Origin: Octopus bimaculoides
Lineage: Eukaryota
Direction: 5' to 3'
Length of the DNA stretch: 33,339 bases
Assembly (NCBI RefSeq): GCF_001194135.2
Contig: NC_068989.1
Coordinates: 31,204,996 to 31,238,334, forward strand
Positions 9,230 to 20,083 of the stretch are shown here, piece by piece. Both the position numbers and the translations under genes were made by a program. How positions within the stretch are numbered: position 1 is the stretch's first letter; each line of letters begins with the position of its first letter. The notes under the pieces are model-generated. The model saw only the letters and a list, made by a program, of their open reading frames with translations, did no database searches and was not told the DNA's origin.

Positions 9230-12005
9230 GAAGAACTCCATCCTAAAATGCTTTACATCAACAGCTTGGTCCTTGCCAGTGATTCAGCTCTTTCAACATT
9301 TATATTGTTCATGAAGCCAAATCTCCTGGAAATAATCCAAATATGGACAAATGCTGAAGCAACTTGTGTCTATAAAGTTAAGTGACTAGAAATATATTGT
9401 GCTGAATTTAGAAAGTTTATTGGATTGATTACACTGGTCAAAAAAATTCGAACTTTTTGCTGTCCCATGAACTAAAGAAAGTGAATTTTATAGTACTTTT
9501 AATGCAGATTTCAAAACTGTTTTTAGAATTTTTCTATCGGGCATGGTTTTTATGTGACTGAGTAATTAAATTATCCAACAAATATACTATATTAATGCAG
9601 AAATAAGGCTGACAATTATAATTGGTCAGTAAAATTAATGAAAAATTCTGTCCCACAAACAAGAGTAGGTGAACTTGATAGCATTTTACCTGCAGAATTC
9701 AAGTATGTCTTCAAATTTTTCTATAAGCCATAGTGTTTCTGTGATAGCATATGTAAATTGTTAAACAATTGTATTTTATGAATTCAAAAATCAGGCTGAT
9801 AATACAAGGAAACTTACCTTTACAACATAGAGGCATATGATTTTCAACTATGTTTAACTTCTGGAACATCCCTTTTTAGTGACCAACAATAACCAGCCAT
9901 CATAGAAGGACCCCACTTTCCTTGGTACTATGTTTTCATGTTCAGAATGTCCTGCTGAAACCACTCGCCATGCTTGTCACTGACAGCCACAAGATTTGCA
10001 GGGAAAAACTCCAAGTGAGAATTCAAGAAGTGGATTTTAGGCTTATATTGCATCCCAAGGCATTGTATGATGTCAGCAGCACTTTCACAATGTCAGTATA
10101 GTTCTCTGATCTATGATTCCTGCAAAACTCTCTTCAAACTTTCTTAAATGACAGCCATACAGCTTTTTCAATATCACTGAGCTCTTTGTCAGACTCTTGG
10201 TCTCTCATCAGCTCCCTAATCTTAATTCTAGGAAGAACGGTAATGGTTATGTCTTTTTCCAAGATATCCATAACTTCAAGGAGGAAGAGAAGAAGTAATC
10301 TTTGGAAAACAAACTTTACTCGAATCTTCTACCATAAGCTGCGGTGGGAAACACTTACTCCATATGCTGTGGTCCAATGCAAGGCCATGTCTCAATATGT
10401 GACAAACAATGACGTGGTTCACAATGAGATTTGAATCTTCTTGATTTTTGCATCACTTACTCTTGAAAATTTAGTTTTTAAATACATGAACCCCTTGCCA
10501 GTTCTATCCATACCTTTGATGAAATTCTTCATCAACCCTAGCTTAATATGCAAAGGAGGCAACAAAACTTGGTGTAAACCAGCTGCATTCTAAGTAAAAG
10601 TGTCACAACCTTTAGGTTACCACAAATATTCCACTCTTGTTACTCATATTTCATTTTTTGCAACAGAAGCTTCATGCTCTCATATGTTTCTGTCATGTTA
10701 GCTGCATGGGCCAGAGGAACAGAAAGAAACTTATTTCCATTGTGGATTAAAACTGCTTTCAAGCTTACTTTTGAGGAGTCAATAAACACACACCACTTGT
10801 TTGTGCTATATTTGTGATTAAGTTCCTCCATAACAGAATATACATNNNNNNNNNNTGATTAAGTTCCTCCATAACAGAATATACATCATTACAAAACATC
10901 ACACCATCCTCAAATGAGAAAAGAATTTGCAAAATCACAATGCCGAGCATGATAAAAACCAACTTTATTCTCTTTCTGGAGAAGATTCCAGACCTTTAAC
11001 CTGGAACCATGAAGTTCAACTTGCTTTCTCGACAAGTTTAAATCCTGCACAAGATCGTTCAGATCTCTCTGACTCAACAAATGTGGTTCACTTGAAGAAC
11101 AATTAGGCTCAAAGTTCAAGTCTTCTGTTTCTGTCTCCACATTTTCATCAATTGACTTGTCCTTAAGTGTCATTTGTTTGGAGGGTCAGGTACAGGTAAG
11201 TATAGACTGTGAAGTACTGGTCTCGTAGCAGATTGTAAATTAGGATATTTTACAGTATGCTTGGATTTTGATGTTATACCTTGTATATTCATCATGCAGA
11301 AGTAGCAATGTGAAATGTGATCTTTGAACTCTCTCCAAATCATAGGGTTGGCAAAAGGCATATGGCATGAACCTTTGGCCCATGCAGTGAGAAGCCTGAC
11401 ACAAGTTACACAACACACATGAGGGGCCCAGATTTTATCCTGCTCATCCACTTTGCACATAGGACTTTTTAATCAATCGCATGAAACGCTGTCTTTGTGA
11501 CTTGAATGTTATGTCACTGCAAATATAGCAAAAGTTGTTTGCGATGTTTATACAGTTTCTTGGCATTATGAAGGTGAATGGGTTATGTGAACTTGGTACA
11601 CAACCACACACCTACACTTCAAGTACAGTACTGACAAAGCATCAGTAACTCATTGACTCAGTATTGCCAAGTTTCAGGGACTCATTGACTCAGCTGGATT
11701 TATGATTTCACTAGTTTAATTCTATTCATAAGCATTTAAATTAAGAGTATTTCTTAAACCGTTAGCTTCACATTTCAACAGCTTGACTGAAATTTAGTCC
11801 ACATAACAGGAACTGAGAGGGATATCATGGAACAGAGAAACTGTGGGTGATACAGATAATTTGACATTATTTTTGAATTCTGCATGCAAAAACATATAGG
11901 ATACAGGTATTCTTTTTCCTTGGACAAATTCTTTGTTGACCAGTGTCATTCTTATCGTAGTTTACAAACGTTATTCAACTTTGGAGTTTTGGAGACAGAC
12001 AACCC
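9230..12005 (+). pseudogene. piggyBac (PGBD-type) transposase remnant in two pieces (~9230-9431 and 11946-~12005), split by the Chapaev3-like element
   Basis: Left piece ALSTFILFMKPNLLEIIQIWTNAEATCVYKVK*LEIYCAEFRKFIGL. Removing 9432-11945 and one TSD restores GGA TTG ATC ATT CTT ATC = GLIILIVVYK, followed by IQLWSFGDRQP. Matches the recalled piggyBac N-terminal pattern F.LF...WTN.E...FIG..IL..VYK...LWS...GRP. Confidence 0.65.
9432..11945 (-). mobile_element. Full-span but decayed Chapaev3-like (CMC) DNA transposon, 2514 bp
   Basis: Terminal inverted repeats CACTGGTCAA (9432-9441) / TTGACCAGTG (11936-11945), subterminal TGCAGA(A/T)TTCAA motifs, 3-bp TSD TTA/TCA. Minus-strand transposase pieces: WAPHVCCVTC...WREFKDH...CYFC...YPNLQSATRPV and FIDSSKVSLKAVLIHNGN. 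Superfamily name from recalled motifs, not a search. Confidence 0.8.
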
Positions 12006-12008
12006 CTT

Positions 12009-12038
12009 CACACACACACACACACACATACACACACA
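12009..12038 (+). repeat. (CA)n microsatellite
   Basis: Direct reading. Confidence 0.85.
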
Positions 12039-12659
12039 TGAATGCACAAATGTACATATAAACTTATATATGAATACATACATCCACATGCACTTATATA
12101 TTAATGAAGTACACAAATACATGACAGGTGTACTGAAATACACATAAAGTAAACACATGCAGGCAAATATATTAATATGACAAATTAAAAAAATAATAAA
12201 AACATACAAAACACTATAGAAATCAATGAAGAGACAAAAGAAGCAGCAAGATGATACATGTTGATTTTATTAGGTATTTCTGTTTATTTAGAAACCTACA
12301 ATGAATAGGTTATTTTGCAAATGCTAAACTATAAATTTCATAGGGTACAATCTTGACACCACTAAATGCAGATTTCTCACTATTGGCTAAAAACACACAG
12401 TTTTTCGATTTTTAAACCTCTATAACTTTTTCCTCCAACTTTTCTCCACAACATCATGCCTTCATAGCAATAAGAGTAGAAAACTACATTAATATAGCTG
12501 ATTTTCAGAGTTTTTACTTCCTTTTAAAAAATGCAGATTCTGTGAATCAGTTTAACTAGATCTGGTATGGTTTAGCGTTATGGTGGAATTTAATGGAGTG
12601 GGTTTCGTGGTGGGAAATGGTTGGCATGCACACATATATACTGATACACATTACATATC

Positions 12660-12850
12660 TTTTTTTATCTTTTACTTGTTTCAGTCAGTAGACTGCGGCT
12701 ATGCTGGAGCACCACCTTGAAAAATTTTAGTTGCACAAATTGACCCCAGTACTTATTATTTTGGTAAAGCCTGGAAATTATTCTATCGACGTAAACACAC
12801 CAATACCTGTTGTCAAGCGGTGGAGGTGGGGACAGATGCAAAGACACACA
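12660..12850 (-). mobile_element. SINE-like element
   Basis: CTTGTTTCAGTC...GACTGCGGCTATGCTGGAGCACCACCTTGAA...GACCCCAGTACTT...AAGCCTGG...GTTGTCAAGCGGTGG, recalled as an abundant octopod repeat; not verified. Confidence 0.55.
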
Positions 12851-12855
12851 CTTAT

Positions 12856-13000
12856 GGCATGGCTGTGGGGTAAGAAGCTTGCTTCCTGACCTCATGGTTC
12901 CAGGTTCTGTCCCAGTGGATGCCAAGAGTCTTCTACTACAACTTCAGGCAGACCAAAGCCTTGTGAGTGGATTTAATAAACAGAAACTGAAACAAGCCTT
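12856..13000 (+). mobile_element. tRNA-derived SINE (head and core)
   Basis: A-box-like TGGCTGTGGGGTAAG and B-box-like GGTTCTGTCCC, then AGTCTTCTACTACA...GACCAAAGCCTTGTGAGTGGATTT...GAAACTGAAACAAGCC. Confidence 0.65.
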
Positions 13001-16000
13001 TGTGCTGCATCCAAGAAGTAAGATGGAGAGAAGGTTCCGCAAGGTTCCTCACAGGCAAAGAACACAGGTATAAGATTTTCTGGGCAAGGAACACTGACAG
13101 GATCGGGGGCGTGGGAATACTTCTAGCAGAGAAATGGATTGATAAGGTAATTGAGGTAGTCAGAGTATGTGACAGAGTACTTAAGATTAGACTAGTGCTT
13201 CACCATAGGTTAGCTACCATCATCTCAGCCTATGCCCCTCAACCGGGGCTACCGGATGGGCTGAAAGACCAATTCTACAACACCCTCTTGCAAACTACCT
13301 CGCTGACGAATGACAAGGACTTTCTCTTTGTGGCTGGTGATTTCAATGGTCATGTTGGACGTCATGCAGGAGGCGTACATGGAGGCCATGGCTTCGGCTC
13401 CCGCAATGAGGAGGGAACCAGACTGCTGGAGTTCTATGATGCAAATGATCTTGTGGTTTGCAATACCAACTTCAGGAAACCTGCCTGTCACCTAGTCACC
13501 TACCGTTCCGGCAGACACTCTAGCCAAATCGACTACATCCTCGCCAGAAATAAGGAAAGAGGGCGGCTTATAAATGCCAAAACCTTCCCTGGCAAAGTAT
13601 GTACCCCTCAACACAGATTAGTAGTTAGCGACTTCGGGATCAAGGCAAAATGGGTGCTCAGAAGTAGACCGGTTTGGAGGAGAAGGGTGTGGAAGCTTAA
13701 ATGGACAGAGATTTAGAGACATGTTACTCGAAGCATTTGACGAAATAGAAGGGGATATAGCATCACACAACATGGAAGACAACTGGAGGTTTCTACAGGA
13801 CAACCTGCTGAGAGCCACCGACCAGATCTGTGGCTGGTGTAAAGTCCCCTCTCAACGCAAAGTAACGTGGTGGTGGAACAAGGAGGTAGATAGGGCTATT
13901 AGACAAAAGAAACAGGCTTGGAAGGACTGGAAGAACGGTGGTAACAGGGAATTGTATCAGACTGCCAGAAGGGAAACTAGGCGACAGGTTTATTTAGCCA
14001 GAAGGGAAACAGATAAGAAAAAATTTGCCAATGTTCTGCGCTGTGAGGACCAAAGACTTGAAGTNNNNNNNNNNATCAGACTGCCAGAAGGGAAACTAGG
14101 CGACAGGTTTATTTAGCCAGAAGGGAAACAGATAAGAAAAAATTTGCCAATGTTCTGCGCTGTGAGGACCAAAGACTTGAAGTATTTCATATTGCAAGAC
14201 AGTATGTGAGAGAGAATCGTGATGTCGTAGGAGAGAAATGTGATCGCATGGATGATGGTATGCTTGCACTAAATGAGGCTGCAAAGAAAGATGTTTGGAG
14301 ATGCCACTACGAAAGATTGCTCAATAAAGAGAATGAATGGGAGAAAAAGAGTCTGCCGAATGTCGACCCAACAAAGGGACCAGCTATCCAAGTTGACAGT
14401 ACCATGGTAGATAAAGTAATTAAGAGTATGAAGACAGGGAAAGCCCCCGGCCCATCTGGAATCACTGCAGAGATGCTCAAAATATCTGGCAGTGTCGGCT
14501 ATAGCCTAGTCACCCGTATTGCTAACCAGGTGATACACGAAGGAGTCATACCCAATGACTGGTGTAGCAGCACCATAGTCAACTGCTACAAAGGTAAAGG
14601 TGATGCTTTAGATACAAATAATTACAGAGGTATCAAGCTGTTAGATCAGGTAATGAAAGTCACGGAGAGGGTCATAGCTCAACTANNNNNNNNNNNNNNN
14701 NNNNNNNNNNNNNNNNNNNNNNNNNNNNNNNNNNNNNNNNNNNNNNNNNNNNNNNNNNNNNNNNNNNNNNNNNNNNNNNNNNNNNNNNNNNNNNNNNNNN
14801 NNNNNNNNNNNNNNNNNNNNNNNNNNNNNNNNNNNNNNNNNNNNNNNNNNNNNNNNNNNNNNNNNNNNNNNNNNNNNNNNNNNNNNNNNNNNNNNNNNNN
14901 NNNNNNNNNNNNNNNNNNNNNNNNNNNNNNNNNNNNNNNNNNNNNNNNNNNNNNNNNNNNNNNNNNNNNNNNNNNNNNNNNNNNNNNNNNNNNNNNNNNN
15001 NNNNNNNNNNNNNNNNNNNNNNNNNNNNNNNNNNNNNNNNNNNNNNNNNNNNNNNNNNNNNNNNNNNNNNNNNNNNNNNNNNNNNNNNNNNNNNNNNNNN
15101 NNNNNNNNNNNNNNNNNNNNNNNNNNNNNNNNNNNNNNNNNNNNNNNNNNNNNNNNNNNNNNNNNNNNNNNNNNNNNNNNNNNNNNNNNNNNNNNNNNNN
15201 NNNNNNNNNNNNNNNNNNNNNNNNNNNNNNNNNNNNNNNNNNNNNNNNNNNNNNNNNNNNNNCGCAAGGAATGAAGCCAGTATGCTTCGATGGATGAGTA
15301 ATGTCAGTGTGCATACCCGACAGAGTGTAAGTATCTTGAGAGAAAAGTTGAACATAAGAAGCATCAGTTGTGATGTGCAAGAGAAATGATTGCGCTGGTA
15401 TGGACATGTGGTGAGAATGGATGAGGATAGCTGTGTGAAAAAGTACCACACCCTAGCGGTTGAGGGAACCCGTGGAAGAGGCAGGCCTAGGAAGACCTGG
15501 GACGAGGTGGTGAAGCACGACCTCCAAATATTAGGCCTCACCGAGGCAATGACTTGTGACCGCGACCTTTGGAAATATGCTGTGCGTGAGAGGACCCGGC
15601 AAGCCAAGTGAGACCGAAATCCAAGGCTTCTGCCAGGGATGTAGCCAGCCTACTTACGCGTAACATTCTTTCATTGGACACTAAACTCCGCATGGTGAGG
15701 CAAGTGAAATCGAAATCGAACTAAATTTGTAGGAACACTAAACTTGGCTTGCGAAGACCTGTTGGGGCAAGAGAAAGCGAAATCGTGATGGCACCTGTAC
15801 CAGTGGAGCACTAAGAGCAGCGTCCAACCGCGATCATTGCCAGAACAGCTGTCTGGCTTCCGTGCCGGTGCCATGTAAATAGCACCAGCGTGATTGTTAC
15901 CAACGTCACCTTCCTGGCACTTGTGCCAGTGGCATGTGAAAAGACATTCGAGCGAGATCGTTGCCAGTGTCGATGGACTGCCTCCTGTGCAGGTGGCATT

Positions 16001-16256
16001 TAAAATACACCATTTTGAGCGTGGCCATCACCAGTACCGCCAGTCTGGTCCTCGTGCCGGTGGCACGTAAAAGCACCCACTACACTCTCGGAGTGGTTGG
16101 CTTTAGGAAGGGCATCTAGCTGTAGAAACTCTGCCAAATCAGATTGGAGCCTGGTGTCCCCTCCTGGTCCACCAGTCCTCAGTCAAATCGTCCAACCCAT
16201 ACTAGCATGGAAAGCGGATGTTAAACAACAATGATGATGATGATGATGATGATGAT
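13000..16256 (+). mobile_element. Near-full-length RTE-clade LINE (APE endonuclease + RT), 5'-truncated, frameshifted, RT core in gap N 14686-15262
   Basis: APE motifs CIQEVRW, GVGILL, AYAPQ, GDFNGHVG, SQIDYIL, QHRLVV; RT domain 0/1 KAPGPSG...YKGKGDALDTNNYRGIKLL; C-terminus LRWYGHVVRM...GRPRKTW; ~620-bp 3' UTR and (ATG)8 tail at 16231-16254. Confidence 0.92.
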
Positions 16257-16267
16257 ATATATATATA

Positions 16268-17470
16268 GTGTCAGAAGAAAATACTAGAGACTACAGACTA
16301 CAAGAACTCAAAAACACACTAATTGACAGACACTACCCAGTTCAACTCATAGAGGNNNNNNNNNNNNNNNNNNNNNNNNNNNNNNNNNNNNNNNNNNNNN
16401 NNNNNNNNNNNNNNNNNNNNNNNNNNNNNNNNNNNNNNNNNNNNNNNNNNNNNNNNNNNNNNNNNNNNNNNNNNNNNNNNNNNNNNNNNNNNNNNNNNNN
16501 NNNNNNNNNNNNNNNNNNNNNNNNNNNNNNNNNNNNNNNNNNNNNNNNNNNNNNNNNNNNNNNNNNNNNNNNNNNNNNNNNNNNNNNNNNNNNNNNNNNN
16601 NNNNNNNNNNNNNNNNNNNNNNNNNNNNNNNNNNNNNNNNNNNNNNNNNNNNNNNNNNNNNNNNNNNNNNNNNNNNNNNNNNNNNNNNNNNNNNNNNNNN
16701 NNNNNNNNNNNNNNNNNNNNNNNNNNNNNNNNNNNNNNNNNNNNNNNNNNNNNNNNNNNNNNNNNNNNNNNNNNNNNNNNNNNNNNNNNNNNNNNNNNNN
16801 NNNNNNNNNNNNNNNNNNNNNNNNNNNNNNNNNNNNNNNNNNNNNNNNNNNNNNNNNNNNNNNNNNNNNNNNNNNNNNNNNNNNNNNNNNNNNNNNNNNN
16901 NNNNNNNNNNNNNNNNNNNNNNNNNNNNNNNNNNNNNNNNNNNNNNNNNNNNNNNNNNNNNNNNNNNNNNNNNNNNNNNNNNNNNNNNNNNNNNNNNNNN
17001 NNNNNNNNNNNNNNNNNNNNNNNNNNNNNNNNNNNNNNNNNNNNNNNNNNNNNNNNNNNNNNNNNNNNNNNNNNNNNNNNNNNNNNNNNNNNNNNNNNNN
17101 NNNNNNNNNNNNNNNNNNNNNNNNNNNNNNNNNNNNNNNNNNNNNNNNNNNNNNNNNNNNNNNNNNNNNNNNNNNNNNNNNNNNNNNNNNNNNNNNNNNN
17201 NNNNNNNNNNNNNNNNNNNNNNNNNNNNNNNNNNNNNNNNNNNNNNNNNAATTACCTCCCCCTATCTAGAACTCTTCTTTCTCAGACTGGAGTGTACACG
17301 ACACAATGAAGTAGAGAAATTTGAAAAGACAACACGAAACCGGTTATTTCTCAAAATACAATGTTTATATACCAAAAAGACTTTATAACATCTTTCTAAC
17401 ATTTTTCTAACATTTTTCTGACATAATTTAAATATATACTTTAACCAAGTAACACAAGCCTTCTGTAGTT
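16268..17470 (+). mobile_element. Penelope-like element 3' fragment, mostly in gap N 16356-17250
   Basis: SEENTRDYRLQELKNTLIDRHYPVQLIE resembles the PLE RT thumb region (ICS...L.ELK..L..R.YP..LI). Sequence after the gap contains GAAACCGGT at 17336-17344, typical of PLE termini. Confidence 0.6.
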
Positions 17471-17485
17471 TTTTCACTCTTATTG

Positions 17486-17490
<5 letters not shown>

Positions 17491-17535
<45 letters not shown>

Positions 17536-17541
17536 GTGTGT
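17491..17541 (+). repeat. (TA)n(TG)n compound microsatellite
   Basis: Direct reading. Confidence 0.9.
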
Positions 17542-17817
17542 TTACGCCCCCTTGAAATTTTGGAAAAGTTATGTCATTATGTATGTGTATCCACTCACCA
17601 ATACTTTTTTTACACTAAATTCTGATACAGTTGTAATCTACACAGTCAGAAAGATATTTGAAGGGAATTTTGTTTTAAAAAATCTCTATCTTTCTGAAAG
17701 TAAGGAAAAAAAGTCCGGTGGGTGGGAACATACTTATGTAGGTATTCCAGTTGAATATGACAGTTTGCATGAAAGGACAAGAAAAAATTATGAAGATTAT
17801 GGTTGATAGATAACAGT

Positions 17818-18161
17818 TTACTGAAAGTATCCACCTTCAGCTTCAACATGGCTCCAGAACCTGCTACAAGCATTTCTCAATGGATCCCTGGGAAGATTTT
17901 CAAGCACCTTGATCTTGGCCACCAGCCTTCCTGTTGCAGGCAGAGTGGTTGGTGCTTTCTCAACCATCTCAATGCATATTAATCCATGGGATTACAATCA
18001 AGGGAATTGGGGATAGTGAAGTCATAGAAATTCTCTGACAATCACTTCTGACTCTTTGAGGAGATATGACAAGGAACCTAATTCTGTTGCACACTTATGG
18101 CCTTCCAGCAGCAACCCTCTCCAGTCAGGGTTTGACCACAAGCTCCAGCAGTTTCACATAG
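17818..18161 (-). pseudogene. Tc1/mariner-superfamily transposase, C-terminal piece
   Basis: YVKLLELVVKP*LERVAAGRP*...VPCH...SLDCNPMDY...AEGGYFQ* (stop at 17818-17820). Continues in frame from 31906-32125 across the Gypsy insertion. Confidence 0.85.
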
Positions 18162-20072
18162 TGTTGTGTGAAAGTAGAATACCCCTACTTGGGGGAGAGT
18201 CGGTGAGCTTGTAAAGAACCATGTTGTTCTATGTTAAATCACATATGATTCTCACACAGATAAGTTATCTTTTGTTGAGAGTTCTTCCTAACGGGTTTAC
18301 TTATTGTTGAAGCTGTTGAACTATTGTTAACTAATTGTTGTACTGTTTGGCTTGATTTTGCTTTCTCCCCAATTCAGGGGTGAAAATAGCATTTAGCTAT
18401 GGAAGTGGTGCAGGTACCCAAGCAAACATGAGCCGGGAACTATGCGTCGGTAGCAAGCCGTGAAAATGTTACAGCCACTGTTAGCCTGCTGGAAGTGGAA
18501 GAGGTATAGATGGATTTGGAAATTTTGAAGAGGAGCAAGGATTTAATTTAGAGAGAGGGGTCAAGGCTAAAGCTGACTTCCCCTGAAGATGTCACAAAAA
18601 TGAAAAATAAGAAAATAGTGGTTTATAGGATGTTGTCAGTCAAGAGCAAGAAAATAGAGATGACAAGTGAAGAAGCCATAGAGGAGTGTCTGAAAGAAAT
18701 CAGGAATGATATCCAATTTTTTTTGTAGAGGAAGAAGATTTAGCACAGTGGAAGTGCGTTTTGCTACTGTAGAAGAGGCAATAAAGCACTTCACTATGAC
18801 ATTGAGAACGGAGGAATGGGCACTCTTGCCAACCTACCTTGGCAAACAAGTGACAAGAATAAGAATTGGCAGGGTTTCCCCTGAGATCACTGAGATGTGG
18901 CTGTGTAAAGCTGAGAGTTGCAAAAGAGGACCCAAAAATACTTCAAGTGACTCGGACAAAGCAACTGAACTGATGGGGATATGGCCAAGAAGTTGTAATC
19001 CAGGCCACCTCACAGGACTTGGAAGAAATTGTAGAGGAAATTGAGCTGCCAGAAGAAGTGAAGCTGCGAGTGGTGATGGAGGGGAGCCCTCCTACCTGCT
19101 ACCACTGCAGAAAGATGGGGCACATAAAGGTGAGCTTCCCCCTGTTAAACAACCAGACACTAAAGCAGGAGGAGCAGGAAGAGAACAACAACAGAGACGA
19201 GAGGACAGAGGAAACCATAGAAGAAACAAATGTGGAAAGTATAGGCGAAGAGTTCCAGGAGGTACAAAGCAAGGAACTAAAAAATCCACCCCATCTCTCA
19301 AAGAACCTAAACAAAAAGAAAGAAACAAATAACACACAAGCATCCAATACACAGAAGTAAAATATAGAAAACACACTCACACAGTCTACCATTCCACCGC
19401 AAACACCCAAGAAAACCATAAACATGCCAAACTACCCAGAGTCTCCAGATAAATATACACTAACAGGAACACAAACCTCGCAGGCCAGTCACAAAAAGAA
19501 GTCATATTTGATGACCTATGTGATGAGCACAGCCAAAAATAAAATCAACAGTAAGAGTTAAAATGCCTGAAAGGGTACTACCCAACAAACATAAAGTTTA
19601 TACTAATAGATATGGACAGGTACAAAAAACTAAAAGAAATTTTTGTAAATGACATAGATCCATTGGGACCAGAGGTGAGATACAACTCTCTACCTCCGTG
19701 ATAGAATATGAGAACTTGAAACCATACATGATCCGATAATGTAAGTTTAAATTTGGTTTAAAATCGATAAACATTGAAGAAAAAATAGTTAAATGGTGCT
19801 ACTCGAGAGTGGGGCTCGAATAGCCATTCCACCCTCTTAATTATGTAATTCATTCATTTATGTCCCCACTTTGTGTTGTCTATCCTTGTGCTGTTCCCTC
19901 TGTGTTGGGCCCACAGTAGTCAATAAAGAAATTGAGAGTTGGTGAGCTGTGTAAAGCTGAGAGTTGCGTATTGTCGAGCGTAATTACAAGTATTGTGTAT
20001 CTTGAGTAGAACGATTTGCGAGGACATTATTTATTATCCCGTTATATCATACGTTGAATGTGTGATACAACA
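18162..20072 (+). repeat. 5' LTR of Gypsy A in two pieces (18162-18216 and 19934-20072), split by the L1/Tx1-like insertion and missing a ~54-bp segment that includes TATAAA
   Basis: Both pieces align with the 3' LTR at 31684-31905; the deletion relative to the 3' LTR has TTGG at both borders. Confidence 0.88.
18217..19933 (+). mobile_element. ORF1-only (non-autonomous) L1/Tx1-like retroposon, ~1.7 kb, inside the Gypsy A 5' LTR
   Basis: Decayed ORF1 from ~18400 (RRFSTVEVRFAT...LLPTYLGKQVTRIRIGRV, zinc knuckle CYHCRKMGH, acidic/low-complexity tail). No EN/RT sequence. Ends CAATAAAGAAATT. TSD GAGAGTCGGTGAGCT-TGTAAAG (18195-18216) / GAGAGTTGGTGAGCTGTGTAAAG (19934-19956). Confidence 0.72.
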
Positions 20073-20073
20073 G

Positions 20074-20083
20074 TGGCAACGAG
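20074..20083 (+). promoter_or_regulatory. Primer binding site of Gypsy A (TGGCAACGAG)
   Basis: Starts with TGG, 1 nt after the 5' LTR end; resembles the TGGCGACGAG PBS common in invertebrate Gypsy elements. Confidence 0.75.

Noticed and set aside
10815-10886. 31-bp duplication in the Chapaev3-like transposase
   Set aside because: Also flanks a 10-N gap; assembly artefact.
13956-14183. 109-bp tandem duplication in the RTE LINE
   Set aside because: Identical copies directly flank a 10-N gap: an unmerged contig overlap.
17305-17346. Second hammerhead candidate ending GAAACCGGTT
   Set aside because: The palindromic stem III fits minimal PLE hammerheads, but there is no recognisable CUGANGA box or stem II; at most a relic.
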